DNA from: Candidatus Coprosoma intestinipullorum
GTDB lineage: Bacteria > Bacillota_I > Bacilli_A > RF39 > UBA660
Direction of reading: 5' to 3'
NCBI GenBank assembly: GCA_018713045.1
Contig: DVFV01000042.1
Span: forward strand, 1-56,348
DNA length: 56,348 bases
Part shown: piece by piece, positions 44,331 to 54,137 of the stretch
Numbering within the stretch: position 1 is the first letter of the stretch
How the letters are laid out: the number at the start of each line of letters is the position of its first letter
The notes under the pieces: generated by a model
Databases searched by the model: none
What the model was told of the DNA's origin: nothing
What the model saw: the letters and a program-made list of their open reading frames with translations, nothing else
Program-made: the position numbers and the translations under genes

Positions 44331-46628
44331 ATGCTTGAAAAAATACCTAATCATAGTTTAGTAATTATAAAAAATAATCTTAAAATAAAACTCTTAAAAG
44401 AAATATCTCAAAATAAAAAACTTCTTAATATCAAAATGATGACCAAAGAAGAATTTATTCAAAACTACTATGGCAAAGTAAAACCAGAAGCCATCTATTT
44501 TTTGATGAAAAAATTTTCTTTAAATTATTCCGTCGCCAAAAAATACCTAAAAAACATCTTTATCCCGCACCCAGAAATAAAAAAATACTATGATTATTTA
44601 GATAAAAATAATCTAATCGAAAAAAATCCCTTGTTTAAACCCGAAAACATTACTCTTATCGGTTACCCTGATATCGAACCATATCTTTTAGACGAATTAA
44701 AAAAATATAACTTAACCGTTATAACTGAAGAAGAAAAAAATTATACCCCAAAAGTTTATGAATTCACATCTATGCAAGATGAAATTGCCTATGTTGCCTC
44801 AAGAATATCCGAAGATTTAAAAACCAAATCACCGAATGACATCTTTATCTCCGGTATAACTAAAGATTATATTCCTGAACTTAAAAGAATCTTTTCGTTA
44901 TATCAAGTTCCCCTTAACCTAAACAATAATATTCCAATCTACAGTACATCTTCAGTCCAAACCTTTTTAAAAAACTTAAGTGAAGAAAAAGATTTAGAAA
45001 ACGCCTTAGAGAAAACACCTAACGGTGATGTAAAAAATAAAATAATAAACCTCTTAAATAAATATGACCTTCCACTAGACGAAACATACCTAACCATCAT
45101 CAAAGAAGAATTAAAACAACTAACCATCCCTTCTGAAAAAAGAGATAATGCCATTAACGTTATATCTCTAGGTGAAATAACTGAAGAAGATAAAATCTAT
45201 TATATTTTAGGTTTTAACCAAGAAATAATTCCTAAAATATACAAAGATGACGACTTGATTGAAGATGATGAAAAACCCAAATATAGATTACTCTCATCTA
45301 CAGAAAAAAACATCATAGAGAAAAAAACTATCACAAATCTAATCAAATCATCTCCAAATATAACTATCACTTATAAATTAAAAGATACCTTCAGTACCTA
45401 TTATCCATCATCTCTAATCTCTGAATTAAATCTAGATGTAATCAAAAACCCAGAAATAAAATTTACCTATTCAAATATATTTAATAAACTAACCCTCGGA
45501 CAGTATTTAGATAATTATTTAAATTATAACGAAAAAGATAAAAATCTAGGTCTTCTATGGTCTAACTACCCAGAAATTGACTATGGAACCTTTGACAATA
45601 AATATCAAAAAATAAACAAAGATAGTCTCAAAACATACCTCAAAGAAAACCTAACCTTATCATATACAAGCTTAAATAATTACTACCTTTGTCCATTCAA
45701 ATATTACGTAAATAACATTCTTAAACTAGACCCTTACGAAGAAACCTTTCCAATACTAATCGGTAACCTCTTCCATGCCTGCCTTTCACACATGTATGAT
45801 GAAAACTTTGACTTAGAAAAAGAATATCAAGCATACTTAAAAGACAAAAACCTTTCTCCAAAAGAAAAATTCTTCCTAAAAAAACTCTATCAAGTTCTTG
45901 AAAAAGACATCGAAATAATCAAAGAAAATGAGACTCATACGACCTACCAAAACCATCTTACCGAAAAAAGAATTACTTTAAATAAGGAAGGGGACATAAA
46001 TATAAACTTTACTGGCATCATCGATAAGATAAGCCATAATGATAGTCATGCCATCATAACCGATTATAAAACTGGCTCTGTCTCATCAACTCTTGATAAC
46101 CTAAACTATGGCTTAAACATGCAGCTTCCTGTCTATCTTTATCTTATAAAAAACAGTCAAGAACTAAATTTTGAAGTTACTGGACTATACCTCCAAAAAC
46201 TTTTAAATACCCCGTCCTTAGATAGCCAAAACCCAGACAAAGAAATAAAAGATAGCCTTAAATTATCGGGTTACACCATAGACGATGAAAACATCATCGA
46301 AGAAATCGACGATACCTATGAAAACAGTGAAATAATCAAAGGCCTCAAAAAAACCAAAAACGGCTTCTCCAGTTATAGTAAACTCTTAAGTTATGAAGAC
46401 TTCGGTAAAATCTATCAAATAACTGAGGGCAACATAAACAAAGCTATCCAAAACATCTTAAACTGTGACTTTGAAATAAAACCTAAAAGAATCGACAATG
46501 AAAATATAAGCTGCAAAAACTGTATTTTCAAAGATTTGTGCTTTAAAAAAGAAGAAGACATTCAAAACCTTAAAAATACTAAAATATCTGAAATATTAGG
46601 AGGTGAAGAAGATGCCCAAATGGACTAA
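44331..46628 (+). CDS. addB: helicase-exonuclease AddAB subunit AddB (short form lacking an N-terminal P-loop)
   Basis: C-terminal RecB-type nuclease (GIIDKI..DYKTG) with the Fe-S cysteines YYLC... and CKNCIFKDLC (CxxCx5C). Immediately precedes and overlaps addA. Confidence 0.8.
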   Translation: MLEKIPNHSLVIIKNNLKIKLLKEISQNKKLLNIKMMTKEEFIQNYYGKVKPEAIYFLMKKFSLNYSVAKKYLKNIFIPHPEIKKYYDYLDKNNLIEKNPLFKPENITLIGYPDIEPYLLDELKKYNLTVITEEEKNYTPKVYEFTSMQDEIAYVASRISEDLKTKSPNDIFISGITKDYIPELKRIFSLYQVPLNLNNNIPIYSTSSVQTFLKNLSEEKDLENALEKTPNGDVKNKIINLLNKYDLPLDETYLTIIKEELKQLTIPSEKRDNAINVISLGEITEEDKIYYILGFNQEIIPKIYKDDDLIEDDEKPKYRLLSSTEKNIIEKKTITNLIKSSPNITITYKLKDTFSTYYPSSLISELNLDVIKNPEIKFTYSNIFNKLTLGQYLDNYLNYNEKDKNLGLLWSNYPEIDYGTFDNKYQKINKDSLKTYLKENLTLSYTSLNNYYLCPFKYYVNNILKLDPYEETFPILIGNLFHACLSHMYDENFDLEKEYQAYLKDKNLSPKEKFFLKKLYQVLEKDIEIIKENETHTTYQNHLTEKRITLNKEGDININFTGIIDKISHNDSHAIITDYKTGSVSSTLDNLNYGLNMQLPVYLYLIKNSQELNFEVTGLYLQKLLNTPSLDSQNPDKEIKDSLKLSGYTIDDENIIEEIDDTYENSEIIKGLKKTKNGFSSYSKLLSYEDFGKIYQITEGNINKAIQNILNCDFEIKPKRIDNENISCKNCIFKDLCFKKEEDIQNLKNTKISEILGGEEDAQMD

Positions 46629-49600
46629 CGAACAATCTTTAGCCATCAATGAAAAAGGAACAAATATTATTGTCTCAGCTGGAGCCGGTTCAGGAAAAAC
46701 TGCCGTTTTATCGGAAAGAGTATTAACTCACCTAAAAAACGGGGTCCACATCGATGAACTTTTAATTCTGACCTTTACCAATGCTGCCGCTGCCGAAATG
46801 AAACAGAGAATCAGAAAAAAAATCAAAGACGTAGACTCTCTAAAACCCGAACTAGATAAAATCGACTCGGCTCCGATAACCACCTTTGATGCCTACGCCT
46901 TATCCTTAGTTAAAAAATATAGTCATCTTCTGAACATTTCCTCTAATATTTCTATAATTGATAGTAGTATCATCAGTATTCAAAAATCTCATTACCTAGA
47001 TGAAATATTTGAATCTTATTATGAAAAAGAAGACCCCAAATTTCTTAAATTTATTGGTGACTTCTCCCTAAAAGACGATGAATCCATCAAGAAAAACATT
47101 TTAAAACTAAACTCCAAACTAGATAACCTCTATAATAAAGATGAATATTTAAAAATATACCTAGATAATTATTTTACCGAAGAAAAATTAAATGAATACC
47201 TAGAAACTTACCTAAAACTTATAAACCACAAAAAAGATGACCTTAAATATCAAATTAAAAATCTAAGCTATTACTTAGATGGAGACTATATAACTAAATT
47301 AGAAGAAACCTTAATAAACCTTTTAAACGCAAAAACCTATGATGAAATTAAAAAATCTATCCCCGAAAGACTTCCAAACCTTCCAAGAGGCAGTGAAGAG
47401 GAAGCTAAAGCCCTTAAGAAAAACCTCTCCGAAACCTTAAAAGAAATATCTGAACTTACTAAATATGAAAACGAAGAAGAAATAATAAACTCTATCGCTA
47501 AAACTAAAGATTATATCTCAGTTATCATTGAAATCATCTTAAAACTAGATGAAAAAGTAAATAAATATAAACAAGAAGAAAACATGTATGAGTTTATAGA
47601 TATCTCGAGAAAAGCTATAAACCTCTTAGAAACCCACCCAGAAGTCTGCGAAAGCCTAAAAAACAAATACTATGAAATCCTTATCGACGAGTACCAGGAT
47701 ACCAATGACCTTCAAGAACTGTTTACCTCATACATCTCTAAAAATAATACCTATATGGTTGGTGACATTAAACAATCTATTTATCGTTTTCGAAACACTA
47801 ATCCCGAACTCTTTAAATCAAAATATGAAAAATATTCTAAAAAAGATAACGGTATCAAAATCGATTTAAATAAAAACTTCCGTTCTAGAAGTACAGTCCT
47901 AAATGATATAAATCAAATGTTTAACCAAATCATGGATACTAAAATTGGTGGAGCCGATTACATCGAAAGCCATCAAATGATTTTCGGAAACACGAGTTAT
48001 GAAAGTATTAATAAAGAAAACTATGACCTTGAAATTCTAAACTATCCCCTTCCTGAAGATAAAAAGTTTTCAAACGAAGAAATCGAAATCTTTACCATTG
48101 CGAAGGACATCAAAAATAAAATAAATAATAATTTTGAAATAATGGACCCAGATACAAATAATCCAAGACCAGTTACTTATAGTGATTTTGTTATCTTAAT
48201 TGACCGGGCAACCGCCTTTGAAAACTATAAAAAAGTCTTTGAATATCTAAATATTCCCCTAACCATTTACCGTGATAAAGCTATAACCTCATCCTTAGAA
48301 ATAACCTTACTTAAAAACATCTATAATTTAATCTTAAAAATCAAAAACCATAAATATGATGCCGAGTTTAAACACTCATTTATATCTTTATCTAGAAGTT
48401 ACCTCTTTGAAATAGATGATAATACTATTTTCAATACCATTTTAAACAAAAACTATCGCGATACCGAAATCTATCAAAAATGTCTAAATCTTCTTCAAAA
48501 CATCGAAGAAAAAACCAACGAACAACTCATCTATGAAATAATAAAGGAATTTAACTTCTATGAAAAATCGATCAAAGTAGGGGACATCGAATCCCATTTA
48601 AGTGTTTTAGAAGCAATAATTAAAATATCTGAAAACTGTGATAGCCTAGGTTATACAATTGAAGACTTCTATAATTACCTAAGTGAAGTCTTGGAAACAG
48701 GCTTAGATATTAAACTATCATTTAGTAAAGGTGAGTCTGAATCTGTTAAAATTATGACTATTCACGCTTCTAAAGGACTAGAATTCCCAGTCTGTTACTA
48801 TAGTGGCCTCTCTAAAAAATTCAATATCGATGACCTTAAAAGTCCCTTTTACTTCTCAGAAAAATATGGCTTTATCGTTCCATACTTTGATAAAACGCCT
48901 AAAAATACCATTTTAAAAACCTTACTTAAAAATGAATACATCGAAGATGAAATATCTGAAAAACTAAGACTATTCTATGTTGCCCTAACTAGAGCTAGAG
49001 AAAAAATGATCATCGTAACCCACCTTAATTTAGAATCACTATCTTATAAAGACGGTGGAATTATCTCCGATGAAATAAGACTTAAATACCACTCATTCCT
49101 AGACTTTTTAAACTCCATTGTACACTCTTTAGACAAAAACATTACACCAGTTGATGTATCTTCCATAAATCTTACCAAAGATTACAATTTATCAAGTAAA
49201 ACTCTAACTAAAGAGAAGCCAGAAATAACTGAAAAGTTAAATGTCAGAGAGTTAAATATAAAGTCTAACATAATTGAAACTTCTCATTTTTCTAAAAATG
49301 TAAATAAATTAGAAACCAAAGAAGAAAAGAAAAATATTGAAATGGGACTTCACATGCATAAAATATTCGAGGATATTAACCTTCTAAATCCCGATTATTC
49401 TAAATTATCAGAATTTTCCCAAAATAAAGTCAAAGCCTTTATAAACACAAAAATACTAGATGGTGCCTTAGATATATATAAAGAATATGAATTTATTTAT
49501 CTTGATCAAGATGAAGAAAAACATGGAATTATCGACCTTTTAATAACTAAAAAAGATAAAAATATCATAGTCGATTATAAACTTAAAAACATTTCAGATG

Positions 49601-49728
49601 AAGCCTATATATCACAGCTTAATGGATATAAAAAATATATCGAAAGTATTACTAATAAACAAACTGAAATATATTTGTATTCTATCTTAGATGAAACCCT
49701 TCAAGATATGACAAAAGTTCCAAATTAA
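46612..49728 (+). CDS. addA: helicase-exonuclease AddAB subunit AddA
   Basis: UvrD-type GAGSGKT, DEYQDTN and C-terminal nuclease GIIDLL..VDYK. ATG 46612 lies 6 nt after GGAGGTG (track start GTG 46603). Confidence 0.9.
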   Translation: MPKWTNEQSLAINEKGTNIIVSAGAGSGKTAVLSERVLTHLKNGVHIDELLILTFTNAAAAEMKQRIRKKIKDVDSLKPELDKIDSAPITTFDAYALSLVKKYSHLLNISSNISIIDSSIISIQKSHYLDEIFESYYEKEDPKFLKFIGDFSLKDDESIKKNILKLNSKLDNLYNKDEYLKIYLDNYFTEEKLNEYLETYLKLINHKKDDLKYQIKNLSYYLDGDYITKLEETLINLLNAKTYDEIKKSIPERLPNLPRGSEEEAKALKKNLSETLKEISELTKYENEEEIINSIAKTKDYISVIIEIILKLDEKVNKYKQEENMYEFIDISRKAINLLETHPEVCESLKNKYYEILIDEYQDTNDLQELFTSYISKNNTYMVGDIKQSIYRFRNTNPELFKSKYEKYSKKDNGIKIDLNKNFRSRSTVLNDINQMFNQIMDTKIGGADYIESHQMIFGNTSYESINKENYDLEILNYPLPEDKKFSNEEIEIFTIAKDIKNKINNNFEIMDPDTNNPRPVTYSDFVILIDRATAFENYKKVFEYLNIPLTIYRDKAITSSLEITLLKNIYNLILKIKNHKYDAEFKHSFISLSRSYLFEIDDNTIFNTILNKNYRDTEIYQKCLNLLQNIEEKTNEQLIYEIIKEFNFYEKSIKVGDIESHLSVLEAIIKISENCDSLGYTIEDFYNYLSEVLETGLDIKLSFSKGESESVKIMTIHASKGLEFPVCYYSGLSKKFNIDDLKSPFYFSEKYGFIVPYFDKTPKNTILKTLLKNEYIEDEISEKLRLFYVALTRAREKMIIVTHLNLESLSYKDGGIISDEIRLKYHSFLDFLNSIVHSLDKNITPVDVSSINLTKDYNLSSKTLTKEKPEITEKLNVRELNIKSNIIETSHFSKNVNKLETKEEKKNIEMGLHMHKIFEDINLLNPDYSKLSEFSQNKVKAFINTKILDGALDIYKEYEFIYLDQDEEKHGIIDLLITKKDKNIIVDYKLKNISDEAYISQLNGYKKYIESITNKQTEIYLYSILDETLQDMTKVPN

Positions 49729-49741
49729 TGGAACTTTTTTA
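49717..49741. terminator. terminator between the convergent addA and XRE genes
   Basis: GTTCCA / TGGAAC stem with a 6-nt loop, then a T6 run. Confidence 0.55.
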
Positions 49742-49999
49742 TATTTTATTCTTTGGATAAGGCTTTTTAATATTGGTTCTTCCGACAATATAATCGATTG
49801 AAGTTTTATAAAAATCAGCTAATATATTTAATTTATCAATAGGAATTAATCTTATACCAATTTCGTATTTTGAGTACTGTTGCTGAGTTGTTTTAAGAAC
49901 CTTCGCAATTTCACTTTGATTTAAATCCTTATCTTCCCTTAAATCTTTTAATCTATTAAAATTCACCTTATCACATCCTAAATACATTTTCCCATACAT
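49739..49999 (-). CDS. XRE-family HTH transcriptional regulator
   Basis: LNQSEIAKVLKTTQQQYSKYEIGIRLIPIDKLNILADFYKTSIDYIVG. The true start is possibly GTG 49966 (AGGA 9 nt upstream), which gives the usual MNFNRLKDLR-type N-terminus. Confidence 0.75.
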   Translation of the reverse strand: MYGKMYLGCDKVNFNRLKDLREDKDLNQSEIAKVLKTTQQQYSKYEIGIRLIPIDKLNILADFYKTSIDYIVGRTNIKKPYPKNKI

Positions 50000-50012
50000 T
50001 CAAACAAGTGTA

Positions 50013-50041
50013 TTGACATCACACTCAAATGAATGTAAAAT
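50013..50041 (+). promoter_or_regulatory. sigma-A promoter for ORF 50068
   Basis: TTGACA (50013-50018), 17 nt, TAAAAT (50036-50041). Confidence 0.55.
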
Positions 50042-50067
50042 AATTTATATAATCAGGATGTGGTATA

Positions 50068-50955
50068 ATGCGGAAAATTAAACGAAGAAAAGAAAAAAAT
50101 AAAATGAGAATAATAGTTATAAGTTTATTTCTGTTTTTAATAATCATGACTAGTGGGTATGCTGCCTTTAATACAAATATAAGTTTACATGCGAAAGGAA
50201 ACATAAAATGTAATCCTCAAAATATCGAAGAAAAAATAAAAAAAGACATAACTACTGAAGGTGATGGATTATATAAGGATGAATATACAGAAGGAAGATA
50301 TATATACCGTGGAGCAAATCCAGATAACTATATTAAATTTAATAGTGAATTATGGAGAATAATATCATTAGAAAATGACGGGGTAATAAAAATAATTAAA
50401 AGCAACGCAATAAATGATATGGCGTGGGACGAACAAAATTCAAATGATTGGTTAAAGCCGGCAACAATTAATATATACCTTAATGAAAGTTATTATGAAA
50501 GTTTATCTGAAGAATCTCAAAATCTAATAATCACACACAATTGGGAAGTGGGAATGGTTTCATCAGATAATGATAATATGCAACTCGAATTACAAGAAGA
50601 GGAAAAAAAGACATGGAATGGGAAAATAGGTCTTATCAGCCATAGTGAATACTTAAGAGCTAATAGTAACATCAAATTATGTGGTACAGACAAAAAAAAT
50701 GATGAAAACCATATCACGTGTAATCAAACCAATTGGTTATATTCTTTAGGCTTATATTGGTGGACTATATCTGGAAGAATCGACAGTAATTTTTTAGTAT
50801 GGGATGTTAATGGAGGAGGAACATTTAGTGATGCATTTCCAGCTGCCGGAAACGAAAACCATTATAGATATGTATTCCCAGTATTACACTTATCAAAAGA
50901 CATAAAAATATGTGGTGAAGGTACCCATGACAATCCCTATATAATAAAAAATTAA
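50068..50955 (+). CDS. secreted protein of unknown function, paralogue of ORF 37455
   Basis: Basic N-terminus plus a TM or signal segment (IIVISLFLFLIIMTSGYAAF). Shares the NP.NY.KFN.ELWRIIS...IKIIK, W..S.LN.YLN..FY and KIGLIS.SEY blocks. Confidence 0.6.
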   Translation: MRKIKRRKEKNKMRIIVISLFLFLIIMTSGYAAFNTNISLHAKGNIKCNPQNIEEKIKKDITTEGDGLYKDEYTEGRYIYRGANPDNYIKFNSELWRIISLENDGVIKIIKSNAINDMAWDEQNSNDWLKPATINIYLNESYYESLSEESQNLIITHNWEVGMVSSDNDNMQLELQEEEKKTWNGKIGLISHSEYLRANSNIKLCGTDKKNDENHITCNQTNWLYSLGLYWWTISGRIDSNFLVWDVNGGGTFSDAFPAAGNENHYRYVFPVLHLSKDIKICGEGTHDNPYIIKN

Positions 50956-51162
50956 ATTTAATAGAATACACAAATAATTTTATTAATCAGAAAAATTAAT
51001 AAAATATATAAAAGACACTATAATCTTTATTTCTATATATAACTTTGATTAAAAATATAAAAAATATGTAAAGTTTTCTTTAAAAAAGATAACTTTTTTC
51101 TTTTGAAAAACACTATTAGAGTATAATAAAAACAGAAGATAAAAATAGAAAGAGGATAATTG

Positions 51163-53763
51163 ATGGAAAAAGCATACCAAAAAACTACTGAAGAAATATA
51201 TAAAGAATTAGAAACATCTGAAAAAGGTTTGACCAATGAAGAAGCTAAAAAAAGACTTCGGACATATGGTCAAAATATTCTTGCTGAAAAACCAAAAAAA
51301 ACTAAATTACAAATATTTTTAAGCCAGTTCAAAAATATGATGGTCATCCTTTTACTAGTCGTTGGCCTTCTTTCGCTAATTTATTCTATCGTAACTGGCG
51401 AAGATTTTCTTGAACCCCTAGTAATCTTAGGTACAACCCTAGTTAACTGTATAATGGGATATCTTCAGGAATCAAAGGCCGAAGATGCCACTGAAAAGTT
51501 AAAAAAATATACTGCTAATTATGTTACCGTTAAAAGAAATAATGTAAGTAGAGAATTGAATTCTAAATATTTAGTTCCCGGTGATTATATTATCTTAGAA
51601 GCTGGTGATAAAGTTCCTGCGGATGCTAGAATCGTTCAAAGTTATTTTGCCAAAACCGATGAATCAATTCTTACCGGTGAAAGTGCGAATGTCGATAAAA
51701 TAGACGAAGTAATAACTAAAGATGCCATCCTAGCTGAAACTTATAATATGATTTATTCAGGAACCGTTGTAACTGCTGGGAAAATTGAAGCCATAGTTGT
51801 AAACACTGGTATGAATACCGAACTTGGAAAAATAGCTGGAGCCATAGATACCAAAGAAGAACCAGTAACCCCACTTCAAATGAAAGTAGCCAAAGTAAGC
51901 CGTTTCATTACGGGTGTTGCCTTTATTCTTATTGCCTTCGTTCTATTATATGGTCTAATCAATCATTATACATTCTTAAACATAGTTATGCTTTGTATCT
52001 CGATGGTCGTTGCCAGTGTTCCAGAAAGTTTGACCATTGCCATAACCGCAACCTTATCAATTGGAGTAAGTCAAATGGCCAAGAAAAAATCCATCGTTAA
52101 AAACTTAGCTGCCATCGAAACCTTAGGTGCGACCGAAGTCATCTGCACCGATAAAACTGGAACCCTAACTGAAAACAAAATGCACCTAACAAAAATATAT
52201 ACAGATGAAAAAGAAATACCTCTAAACGAACTAAAAAATTATCAAACACTTATTGATGTCATGGATGGATCTAACTCCGCAACCCTAAGTGACAATGGTT
52301 CATATACTGGTGATGCCGTTGACGTTGCCATTAAAAATCATTTAAAAGAAGACAAATTAAAACCGAGTAAAGTCAAAAAAATAACCGAATTACCATTCGA
52401 TTCAGACCGCAAAATGATGAGCGGTGTTTATGAAAAAGACGGAGAAATATATCTTTATACCAAAGGAAGTTTAGAGTCACTTATTGCCCGAAGCAAATCG
52501 ATCCAAATAAGCAACGAAAATAAACCATTAACTGATGAAATCATAAATAAATACAAAGAAATTGAAACTAATATGTCTGAAGAATCTTTAAAAGTTCTGG
52601 CCTTTGCCTTTAAAAAAGTAACAAAAGAGATAAAAGACGAAGATGATTACTTTAAAGAAGAAAAAGATTTCACTCTAGTTGGTCTTGCTGGATTCAAAGA
52701 TCCAATTAGAAAAAATATCAAAGAATCTATAGATAAATGTAAAGAGGCGGGAATCAATGTTATTATGCTTACAGGTGATAACCTGCAAACTGCCATGACA
52801 ATTGCTAAAGAAGCCGGAATTTGCGCAAAAGAAGATGAATGCATTAACGCTTCCACTTTAACCAAAGAAGACATAAGTAAAAATATAAACAAATATAAAG
52901 TCTATGCCAGAGTTAGTCCTGAAACTAAACTCCAAATAGTCAAAGCCTTCCAAAAAAGACATAAAGTCGTTGCCATGACTGGTGATGGAGTTAATGATGC
53001 CCCGGCTATTAAATTAGCTAACGTCGGAATCGGTATGGGTAAAGCCGGAACCGATGTAACCAAAGACGTATCAGATATCATTTTACTAAACGATAGCTTT
53101 GAAACTATTACAACTGCTGTCTCTGAAGGAAGAAGAATCTATGATAACGTTATATCCAATATTTTGTATAACCTATCTAGTAATTTTACTGAAATATTGA
53201 TTATCTTATTTGGTATGCTTACCGGAAATACGATTATTTCTGCCATTCACGTTTTATACATCGACCTAGTTGCCGATACCGTTCCTTCAATCGCCCTAGC
53301 TTATGAAGGCGCATCTAAAAACGTGATGAAGCAAAAGCCAAATGGTTTAAACCGTAAAATATTTACCAAATTCTTTAGTGCCTTTCTAATTTTATCCGTA
53401 ATCTTAGAAACTCTAATCAGTATGATTGTGTACTATCATTTCTTACCAAATGGCGAAAATATCGCTCAAACTCTTGCTTTGCTTAGTATAGTTGTAAATG
53501 AATTTGTCTTTGCTTATAACTGTAGATCATTAAAAGAACAAATTCACACAAGAGGGTTCTTTAGAAACAAACAATTAAACATTGGAATACTAGCCTTATT
53601 AGTAGTTCAAGTAATCGTCTTCTTTAGTCCAGTCGGTAAAATATTTGGTTTAACAACTGTAACTGTTACCGAGTTTATCTATGTAATAGTTATCAATATA
53701 ATCTCTTTAGTAATTATTGAAATGTTAAAACCATGGATAGTAAAACATTTTAAAGACGAATAA
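51163..53763 (+). CDS. cation-transporting P-type ATPase, Ca2+ (PMCA/SERCA/YloB)-like
   Basis: N-terminal Cation_ATPase_N (GLTNEEAKKRLRTYGQN), ICTDKTGTLTENKM and TGDGVNDAPAI. ATG 51163 follows AGAGGA. Confidence 0.85.
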   Translation: MEKAYQKTTEEIYKELETSEKGLTNEEAKKRLRTYGQNILAEKPKKTKLQIFLSQFKNMMVILLLVVGLLSLIYSIVTGEDFLEPLVILGTTLVNCIMGYLQESKAEDATEKLKKYTANYVTVKRNNVSRELNSKYLVPGDYIILEAGDKVPADARIVQSYFAKTDESILTGESANVDKIDEVITKDAILAETYNMIYSGTVVTAGKIEAIVVNTGMNTELGKIAGAIDTKEEPVTPLQMKVAKVSRFITGVAFILIAFVLLYGLINHYTFLNIVMLCISMVVASVPESLTIAITATLSIGVSQMAKKKSIVKNLAAIETLGATEVICTDKTGTLTENKMHLTKIYTDEKEIPLNELKNYQTLIDVMDGSNSATLSDNGSYTGDAVDVAIKNHLKEDKLKPSKVKKITELPFDSDRKMMSGVYEKDGEIYLYTKGSLESLIARSKSIQISNENKPLTDEIINKYKEIETNMSEESLKVLAFAFKKVTKEIKDEDDYFKEEKDFTLVGLAGFKDPIRKNIKESIDKCKEAGINVIMLTGDNLQTAMTIAKEAGICAKEDECINASTLTKEDISKNINKYKVYARVSPETKLQIVKAFQKRHKVVAMTGDGVNDAPAIKLANVGIGMGKAGTDVTKDVSDIILLNDSFETITTAVSEGRRIYDNVISNILYNLSSNFTEILIILFGMLTGNTIISAIHVLYIDLVADTVPSIALAYEGASKNVMKQKPNGLNRKIFTKFFSAFLILSVILETLISMIVYYHFLPNGENIAQTLALLSIVVNEFVFAYNCRSLKEQIHTRGFFRNKQLNIGILALLVVQVIVFFSPVGKIFGLTTVTVTEFIYVIVINIISLVIIEMLKPWIVKHFKDE

Positions 53764-53798
53764 AAAGAAGTTATCCACCATAATAACTTCTTTTAATT
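53764..53798. terminator. bidirectional terminator
   Basis: AAAGAAGTTAT (53764-53774) / ATAACTTCTTT (53783-53793): perfect 11-bp stem with A/T-rich flanks. Confidence 0.65.
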
Positions 53799-54035
53799 TT
53801 CAAATAAAAGTCTAATATCAATACCGAGTGCATCAGCAATTCTACCAATAACTACGAGTGTAAAATATTTATTAGGATTCGCACTTTCGATTTGTGAAAT
53901 ATAATGCATCGAAACCCCAACTCTATCTGCCAGTTCTTGTTGTGTAATACCGGCTATTCTCCGGTATTTTTTTATGTTTTTTCTTACAATATCATAGTAG
54001 TAATAATCATCGTGAAACTTTATTTCTTTATCCAT
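53793..54035 (-). CDS. XRE-family HTH transcriptional regulator
   Basis: 80 aa. ITQQELADRVGVSMHYISQIES. GGGTGA RBS. Confidence 0.8.
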   Translation of the reverse strand: MDKEIKFHDDYYYYDIVRKNIKKYRRIAGITQQELADRVGVSMHYISQIESANPNKYFTLVVIGRIADALGIDIRLLFEN

Positions 54036-54137
54036 TTTTTATCACCCAATTACATTATTTCAAACTGGCAGTGATAATTATATGCGCTGGTAGTTCGAAT
54101 TTATGATATAATTAGGATAAGATGGGAGGAAACATAA

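Noticed and set aside
47672-47869. 65-aa plus-strand ORF in an alternative frame inside addA
   Set aside because: It lies entirely within the conserved helicase core (the DEYQDTN region) of addA. No independent support.
54081-54100. tRNA-like T-arm string GGTAGTTCGAAT
   Set aside because: No acceptor stem, anticodon arm or D-arm can be built around it. It lies in the XRE/surface-protein divergent promoter.
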